Shown here: piece after piece, positions 53,375 to 64,000 of the stretch | Layout of the letters: every line of letters begins with the position of its first letter | How positions within the stretch are numbered: position 1 is the stretch's first letter | Source: the human T2T-CHM13v2.0 reference genome, Homo sapiens | DNA: 64,000 nt | Assembly (NCBI RefSeq): GCF_009914755.1 | Contig: NC_060937.1 | Strand: one strand, 5' to 3' | Notes under the pieces: model-generated | Databases searched by the model: none | What the model was told of the DNA's origin: nothing | The model's input: the letters and a program-made list of their open reading frames with translations, nothing else | Program-made: the position numbers and the translations under genes

Positions 53375-54248
53375 ACAAGATGTGAAATGGAGAAGTATCT
53401 GACACCTCAGCTTCCTCCAGTTCCTATAATTCCAGAGCATAAAAAGTATAGACGAGACAGTGCCTCAGTCGTAGACCAGTTCTTCACTGACACTGAAGGG
53501 TTACCTTACAGTATCAACATGAACGTCTTCCTCCCTGACATCACTCACCTGAGAACTGGCCTCTACAAATCCCAGAGACCGTGCGTAACACACATCAAGA
53601 CAGAACCTGTTGCCATTTTCAGCCACCAGAGTGAAACGACTGCCCCTCCTCCGGCCCCGACCCAGGCCCTCCCTGAGTTCACCAGTATATTCAGCTCACA
53701 CCAGACCGCAGCTCCAGAGGTGAACAATATTTTCATCAAACAAGAACTTCCTACACCAGATCTTCATCTTTCTGTCCCTACCCAGCAGGGCCACCTGTAC
53801 CAGCTACTGAATACACCGGATCTAGATATGCCCAGTTCTACAAATCAGACAGCAGCAATGGACACTCTTAATGTTTCTATGTCAGCTGCCATGGCAGGCC
53901 TTAACACACACACCTCTGCTGTTCCGCAGACTGCAGTGAAACAATTCCAGGGCATGCCCCCTTGCACATACACAATGCCAAGTCAGTTTCTTCCACAACA
54001 GGCCACTTACTTTCCCCCGTCACCACCAAGCTCAGAGCCTGGAAGTCCAGATAGACAAGCAGAGATGCTCCAGAATTTAACCCCACCTCCATCCTATGCT
54101 GCTACAATTGCTTCTAAACTGGCAATTCACAATCCAAATTTACCCACCACCCTGCCAGTTAACTCACAAAACATCCAACCTGTCAGATACAATAGAAGGA
54201 GTAACCCCGATTTGGAGAAACGACGCATCCACTACTGCGATTACCCTG
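53375..54248 (+). CDS. KLF5: KLF5 exon 2 (874 nt; transactivation region to start of zinc finger 1)
   Basis: Acceptor tcttcttttttag at 53374; TRCEMEKYLTPQLPPVP...LEKRRIHYCDYP; donor G|GTATGT. Contains SUMO consensus IKTE and IKQE, the FBXW7 phosphodegron PPSPPS (Ser303 codon 54020-54022) and the PY motif PPPSY (54083-54097). Confidence 0.97.
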
Positions 54249-54286
54249 GTATGTGCTCTTACCTGGTTGAAGCATCAATAGATGTA

Positions 54287-54346
54287 GTGTGTGTGTGTGT
54301 GTGTGTGTCTGTGTGCGCGCGCGTGTGCGTGTGTGCACGCGCGTGC
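54287..54346. repeat. (GT)n/(GC)n alternating purine-pyrimidine tract
   Basis: (gt)11 ct gtgtgcgcgcgcgtgtgcgtgtgtgcacgcgcgtgc. Confidence 0.9.
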
Positions 54347-55291
54347 CCTTTTCAACCTCATGGCTTTAAATAGGAAAGTTGTACTTGACAGTAAAAAAAA
54401 AAAAAATTACCTTTTTTTTTTCTCTATCCTATCTCTGTGCTTTAACTTTGGTATGTAAACCAGTTAGTTGTCTGTTGCTTATGTTATGCATCAAAAACTT
54501 GGCTAGAATATTCTGGAAAAAGTTCCCTTGGATTTTTTTTTCTTTAATATTAAAACAGATTTGAATTTCTAATACATATTATTTCGAGTTAGGCCAGAGT
54601 TACTTTAAAATGGCAATTGAATAAATTGCAGTTTTTAATTCTAAATTAAGTGCCCCAGAAAGAGATTAAAGTAGGGTGGGGGAAAATAAGGTTTGGTGGT
54701 GAAGTGGAGGTTGCAGGCAGCTAGCTTGATGTTAGGTACAAGACTGTCTACAAGACAGATTTAAGAATGGTTTTGATGGCACGTGAGCATATGCTCAGTT
54801 TTGAATGACATACATGGCCCAAAGTATAAGTTGAAGACAATACATGGAATATATTTACAAGTTACTGGGAAAGCTAGTTTATGATTAATACATGGCAAAA
54901 TTTATTGACTCTGATACATGATATGGCATGACGTGCTAAATGAAAAAAGAAGAAATGTGGGAGTACAGAAAATTACAGTCATCTTGGATAATGGCTTAGT
55001 ACTGTCAGCTCTAGAGCCATTAAAATTTTTAAAAAAACATATAGCAGCTCTTAATACGGAAGTACAGCACCTACTGGAATATAAACACAAATTTTCCATT
55101 TGTAGTTTGGCTTGATTATCTGTATTCTTTCCTGTTAAAGTGATACATAAAACAAATCACTTCATGCCTTTAATAAGGTAATGGGGGAGGGCTCTTTAAA
55201 ACTTTTAAAACTGAAGCTTCAAATAATCTCATCTAGCATGAGAGATTTCTTCTTTAAAGCCAGATTTTAAACACTGAATCATCAAATGTAA

Positions 55292-55405
<114 letters not shown>

Positions 55406-56074
55406 TAATTTTCTTGTTAATTCTGTGAGTTGTGTAAATAGTGTAAGTGGTATTCATCCTTTTAAAAGCTAACACGTGTTTGATCTCTTCTCCTGTCAAC
55501 TTTTTTTTTTTTTTTTTTTTTTAAATAGCCTACCTTTTCAGCACAGGCTTGGTTCAGAATTCAGTTCCATGAGAAATCTGGTTCCAGGAAGGCCGGTGAT
55601 GTTCCCTCACTAAGGCCTTCTTGCCCTGTCACCGCTCAGAGTTGATTACCCAAAAATGTAAACAGCGATGTTTACTAATGGATTTTAAAACTTATACTGG
55701 CAGTGTTTTGAAGGAAAAAAAACAAAACAAAACTCATTTTCTTCCATAGCAAATAATTTTGCTCTGAGAAAGCCATTTTAAACTCTTAAAAACTTTCCCA
55801 TTTGGAGTGTACTGCATAATTGGTGAAAACGTTAGTTTCACCTCTAGGTTAAAATATTTGTGTTTAGTATGTTTTCTGTGCTTGATGAAAGGTAGTGCTG
55901 AAATTGCAGTGTTAAAATCAGGTGGTCAGAAATGGGTTACAAGCCCCAGCCTAAACTTGGTATGTGTGAGAGACTTGATCTTTATTCTAGCTTACATTCA
56001 TTCTTGTTTACATATGCTTTTAAGTTTAGCTCCTCTACTTTTGTATTTGCTTTGTTCAATCTATAGCAGTCACT

Positions 56075-56377
<303 letters not shown>

Positions 56378-59340
56378 TAAACTTTAAAATTATATCAGAA
56401 GCCATTTTAAGATGAAACCAGGTGGCATACTTTAAAGGCCCCCCAAATACTCCAAATATTGTCAAATATATAGATGGTTACTATTTGCGATTTTCTTAAA
56501 AGAGCAGCCCTAAAGAAAAGAACTTATATAAAGTGATTGTGTTTTTTTCCCTCAATAAATACAGCCTTACCTAAAGTTCAGAGAATAAGTTTGCTAATAA
56601 AAGCAATGACCTAGCAAAATGTATTATTCCATCATTGCTATGGAAACCAAAGTATTCAACAGTTCCTTTGAATGGGTTGTTGGATTAGTGTGAGGACTTG
56701 AATCTCCCGAGGCTAGATGTTACTATGGAAATTGAGTTTTGATAAATGAAGTAGTTATCTCTAACTGCTGCATTAAAAAGTAAAAGCCTTTGAACAAAGG
56801 TCAGTGCTGAGGTAGAGCCCTAAGAGGAATATGGTTGCAGACATTTTGTATGCATGTTAGGAAGCATTGCTTGATATCCCAGTGATAAACACTACTTACT
56901 AAAATCCGATGACAATGTTGTAGATTCCAGGGCTTTTTGAGAAACTGCTTTTAAGGAGAAGGCATCTTATGTATTTATCTATGAAATGAGCGGGCTGTTT
57001 TGGCCTGAGGTTTTTGCATGGAGACAAACTGATTACATAAGAGGAAGGATCCTTCATAGGCAGCCCAAGGTAGAAATTTTTATAGTTAAACACAAATGAA
57101 TTAAGCATGTTATAAAAACTCCAACTTAAAGTTTTCAAAATACAAATGACAAGTGCCAGGAAAATATTCCATGTAGAAATACCAAAATGTCCTTTTACAG
57201 AATATAAATGGAAATATAAAGACATTTGAACTATTGTTTTTTTCACTTTTGGAAGTCCTTGAGAGATAGGAGGGAACACATTTTCATGGGTTTAAAGTCT
57301 CCTAATAAAAGAGCACAATTGCATATAACGATGTAATCAACTACTTATTGCAGGGATGTAGTCAAACCCATATCTGAATAGCCTTTCACCCCGTCAGGGT
57401 TTAGTGCCCTGAATGCTTATACCTGCGATTCAGGAACTTGACCTGCCGGCAAATACATTTAATCGTGGGTTGTCTTAACAATGCTTGTACTAATAAAAAC
57501 AGACTGAAAAGAAGACCGAGACCTGGTTTGGGTCCCTTGCATCAGCTTTTTCACCTGACCATAAACATTGTGGCCTTCAACATCTAATGAATGAGAACAT
57601 GTAATCCAGTTTAATAAAGTTTTGTTTGATAGTCTTTCAAATGCCTTGGGGAGGGTTTGTAGCAGACTTGTTCATCTGGCTAAACCTGTTCTTGGGTAAT
57701 CATAGAGCATTGAGGTTGTTTTCTCCTCATTTCTCATTTCTAGACAATGCCTTTTAAAATTACCTGTTCTCTCATTGCATCCTCCCCACCCTGCCCGCCT
57801 GTTGTTTTTAAATGAATGTATCTGAAGCCAGCAAAGGTGTTTTTTTTTTTTCTTTCCCTTTAAGGCCCAGGTAGAACAGTTAGGACAGTTTTTCTAAATT
57901 ACTTCTCTTATGTAATAGCTTTTTTTGGTTTTCTTTCTGTCCTCCTCCTCCCTCTCGGACCGTTGATCAGAGGACTTTAAAAACCACACAACAGTTGATG
58001 ACATAAAATACTCTTTAAATGATTGTCGTTTTACAGGCAGAATGTGAAGCACCCTAGCATTTCTTTGGAAAATAATTGTAATTGCTTTAAAATGTCAAGT
58101 TACCTTATGTTTTAAAAATAATTTAGGCAATGAAAACAGCCTACATCTGAGTTTAATTACTTCTTCTGGATTTTTAGATTGGAAGTGCTTCTTTAACTTG
58201 GGTTGCAAATTGAACCTAAGCAAATAATAGTCTTAACAAAATAGAACTTTTTAAGTAATCTGAGATGACAGAGTAGATGATATATCAGTTTCTTAAACCA
58301 GAAGTATAGCATTCAAGTCTTCTAAGTTCATATACTTTGATTTCTTTATCAGGAAATCGCATATAAATAATACAAAGTTCTATCTTCTTTGTGTGATTAG
58401 ACAATACTGGAAACATTTGCTTCTATTCTAGGGAATAATTATATTTTATTTATATCTGTACATACATAGTATAGCATAAGGCCTGTAGAAGCACCCCTTA
58501 TAGATGTGGATGTTCGCATGTATTATTTGTAATATGTGTGTGTATACATTTATCATGCCTTTGGTGAGAAATAATTATGGCTGCTTCTAGGTAACAATGT
58601 CAATGAGTGGTGTATTTCCAATTCAAAATATTTGTACTTTTAACAGCATTTAAATGAACATTGTACTGAAATTTGTATGCCTCATGATGTCTACAAGGGG
58701 CGGAACACATTGCTATTACTCTAAAGTTGCTCCCAAGTATACTGTTTTGTCTTTATAAATCAACATGACTGATAAACTGTCTATTGCAACCAGTATTATA
58801 TGCTCACATACCTTACTTTTTTCTTTAATATAATGAACATTTAAAATAATGTCTAAGTTTGCAAAGGTTTGAGGCAAGTTGAAATCAGTAGGAAAATATA
58901 TTGACTGTATCTTCAAACAAAAATTTGTAGAAATTTAAAAAGTTCTTACCAGAGAAAAAGTTCTGAAAAAGTAAACCATGAACTCAACACAGATGTTTGA
59001 AGTCCTAGCGGTTCCCTTCATGTGCGTGGATATACACTTAACCTTAGAGAATATGGAAAAGCTGTTGGGAAATCAGGGTACGGTAACGTTTCTAGATTTT
59101 TTCTTTCTTTTTTTTCCCCCGTTTCAGCTATCTGGAACAGGGCAAGAAATTAGCATTTGTACAAAGAAAGTCTTTGAACAACACACACTTGGCTCAAGTA
59201 TTCCTCAGACCCAGACTCCATGCATTGGACTCTGTGTGTACTAAGTGATCCCAGAGTGGCTTACTGGAGATTGACAATGGAAAAGGACAATTTGAAACAC
59301 GCCCGTAGGAGAAAATGGAAACATTGTACAAATAACATAG

Positions 59341-60640
<1,300 letters not shown>

Positions 60641-63600
60641 ATCGATAATATTGACAATAAAGATATTTTCATTGCAGGTACTTACTAAAAGCAACATTCA
60701 GTGTTCTGAACATAAGTTACTCTTCTTTTTGTGGAACTGTGGGAAAAGGGTAAAAGGCTTTTTAGGAAAACTGTATACAAAGGTTTTCACTCTGGGCCTT
60801 AATGGATGGAGATCTTACAATGTGAATCGAGAAATAATAGTGGTTAAATGTGTAACCTGTTTTATTGGTAGAGATAACACAGGCAAAATCTTTTTTGCAG
60901 GAAGAGATTTAGGACTCAGTGGTTTTTTGAGTCTCTATTTGAAAACTATTGCAGAGGAAGTATCACATTTATTAGCCTTTAGTATTAGATTTTATTAAAC
61001 ATTCTTTTCATTCTTTTCCATTTTTTTTTCATTTGCAGCTTTGAAATTTATTTTGTGTATTGATAATTTCAAACAATTTTTTTTTAAAGTAGTAGCTTAA
61101 GAGACTTGCTGGTTCAGACCCCAGGAAAGGTATTTATGAGCATGAAAGCTTAGAAGCAATTTCTTTTTAATGACTCACTGGGAAGATTAAACTTTGCTTC
61201 TAGGACTTGTTCTTTCTTCTGAGAAACATTTACATAGGAAATTGATTAAACATTGTTTAGAGATGATAAAGCTTATCAAAAGTTAAGTATAATTTGATTC
61301 AGCAAATATTTTTTACTGGTTTTGTGGAGAATCCAAAGATGAATAATCTCTTCTTGCCCTTTTGTTCATAGACTAAATAGAATTGCTGGAGTGGAGATAG
61401 AAATAATTAGTCTTGAAAGTAGAGAGTAATGTTTTTAAAAAATAATAATACAGTCACCCAAGAATTTGGCAGATATTTTTGGTTCTATAGAATGTAGTAG
61501 CTGTTTACTTGATGGCCTACATCGTTTCTAGTGAAAGATTAGAAATAATGTCCTACTTTAGTAAAAGTATCTCCGTAGCAGCATTCCTAGTCTGTTAGCC
61601 AGTATTATTTATATTCAAGGATCTCAAACAACAACTCTTATTAAGGATAAGTTACAGTTTTAGAAGTGCACAGTAGGTAACTTTTACCTAAAAATATCTA
61701 TATAGAAGAATAAATTTATTTTTGGCTACTTTATGAAAAGGTAAACCTTTACGAGTTGGGAGGAGACCTACTGGTCAGGGTCACCATGTGAAGTGCAAAT
61801 TAAAGGGAAGGTTATCTAGTACTCATTCCATACTGGGAAAAAATGAAAATAGAGGATTTTTCTGTTTTGCTTACAAAAAGAAAAGGTGAAATTCCTCATT
61901 GACACTTTAACGTCAGTGCGAACTCCCATTATAAGAAAGTGAATCCGAGTGTTGTCTCGTTATCAGGAGACGGAAGAATTGGTATTTGATTTCATTAACT
62001 CTATTAATGACAGGGGATAGTCTTCATAATGTTTACTGGGGACCCAGAGGAGAAGTAGCAGTAGTTTAGGAGCCCAGAGATTCCAAATCTCTGCTAGGAT
62101 GTAGACTGTAAGTGTAACCCCTGACATCGTGATCCCACCCATTCCCTCTCTGGGTTTGGCAGATCAGTGCTTTCTGGCCCTGGGAGAAGTCCCCTCGCTG
62201 CCTTTGACCAGTGCTAGGGGCTCTAGTATGTCTTGGCTTTCCTGAAGTCCAGTCCAGTTCTACCTAAGACAATTTGTTTAAACAGAGTTTATCCCTGTAT
62301 AACTTCAGAATGGACAATAACTCATTCGATTATTTTCTCTGGAAGTGGCTCAAAACATGGTTCTCACCTAAATGCGTATTACCAGATTACTCTCAGTGGT
62401 CCTGGGCAGGGCAAAGCCAGGCAAAAGCCCTGCTGCAGGAGGGTCCACAGAAGAATAAAAAGCTGACAGCCTCACAAGAACCTTTTATGCCTTCCCTCCT
62501 TTTCTTTAATCAGAATAACTGAGTTGTTTTCAAGATGCATTAGGGAAAGTGTGGCATTACAGCAGGAATAGAAGATAGTCTCTGCCCTTGAGGAACTTTA
62601 AAAGCTAGTTAAGGAGGCAAAATACAACTATTTGAAGCCTTCCTAAAGCAGTATATGTGCAAGTGCAAATTGATAGCTTAACAGAAATTTCAGTGATGGG
62701 GATACAGAGAAGTGAAATGATCTCTCCTGGTCTGTTCAGAGGCTTTCTAGAAGGAGTGAGGTATCGGATTTTAAAGAAAGTGATAAATATAAATTGAGGA
62801 GAGAAAGGAATTTCTCTTTTGTTGCTTTTGTTTTTGTTTTTGGCAATCAGCTTCCTTAGGTTGAATGGGCACAATATTGATGGTGTTATCTGGTAAATAA
62901 TTAGATGCATTTACAAATGCTAATAATACTAATCTTTGATATGGACCTTCTGTTCCAAGTATAGGAAATGTGTGACAATGAGTTTTAATAGAAAGGTTTT
63001 TGATGGAAAATTACTGGCATAGACGTAAAAATATGAATTAGTGAGCTAAAATCATCCTCCTACTTTATCTCTTTTCTTAGATATCTAAATCATTTTCCTA
63101 TGAATTTCTTTAATAAGTGTTTCCTATTTTTCTCCCTTTTGATTTTTAGAAGCAAATCTAATATGAGCCTATTTCAGAGACTAAATTTCGTAAGTCTCAA
63201 ATGATAGGAAAAATCTAATTATTATTGAATTGCATGAAAATATTTTCCTCTTGAAATAAGAGCCCATTTTGAGCTTCAAGGACTCTTAAGTTCTAAGAGT
63301 TTAGATTAGGTTGAAATAATTTATTCTACTTTAAAAGTTTGGATTGTTTAGGTTCGCAGAACAAGATACAAGATTTTAAGTTCTTTGAGGCCAGAAACCA
63401 AGTCTTATTTGAGTTTTGCAAGGCATTTAGTACAGGTTACACCTTCACTAATAAACAGTGACTTTAATTCTCATGATATTTTAGCTTTATCAGATATTGA
63501 TTGAGTTGTCTTTTAGTCACCAGGAAGGAAACCGATGTGTAAATTTGCTGCAATAAACTTTTAAAACATTATCTAAAATAACTATTTTAAGATAAATATT

Positions 63601-64000
63601 TTATCAGTGATTTTTATTCTTTTGTTAGAAGAATCTATGTAGAACATTTTAGGGAAAGGCCTTGGTATGTCTATTGAATGTGTTCAGCAGAGCAGAGAAA
63701 CTTCCCATTCCATTGTGATAGGTTCAGAAGTCATTCAGAGGGGGGAAAAAAAAGGACAATTTTCAGTTTGTTGCTGAGGATTTTTAAAATGGCTTACAAA
63801 CATGTTCCACTAACCCACTGAAATTCACTTACCCTGGGGGAAAGGAGCTATCGTTAGGTGATACCTGGGAATTGGCAATACCTGAACAGTGCTCAGGACC
63901 CCACAGGCCCCACAGAGGCTGGCACTGCCAGGTTGTGCTCTCTGTTTCAGATCGTCTGGGGTTCAAGGCTTGCTGTGAGTCCATTAAGCCATTCCTTAGC

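Overview
Primate (human-like) genomic DNA, recognisable as the PIBF1-KLF5 interval. From known gene order this is human 13q22. The window holds the last intron and terminal exon of PIBF1 (+, CDS 7410-7460, ...TKKEAPEWSKKQKMKT*), then about 43 kb of very Alu-dense intergenic DNA (roughly 70 Alu copies or fragments in the window, counted by eye, plus L1M/L2/MIR/MER20/MLT1/THE1 relics). It then holds the KLF5 CpG-island promoter and coding exons 1-3 (+; 50842-51102, 53375-54248, 55341-55400); exon 4 lies beyond the window. Nearly all ORFs in the supplied track are Alu or GC-rich artefacts. The most notable non-obvious item is a PSMD10 (gankyrin) processed pseudogene whose coding sequence stops at codon ~150 and is fused to a MER21-type LTR fragment supplying AATAAA and an A-tail, apparently the fossil of an LTR-terminated gankyrin isoform. 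Other items: a tailless U2 retrocopy with TSD, a polyadenylated pre-tRNA-Glu retrocopy, unidentified tailed inserts, a probable upstream KLF5 exon creating a junction-spanning uORF that stops 1 nt before Met92, a motif-dense candidate enhancer ~19 kb upstream of KLF5, and apparent gene conversion between neighbouring Alus. I see no wholly new biological system; repeat subfamily calls are by eye, not RepeatMasker.
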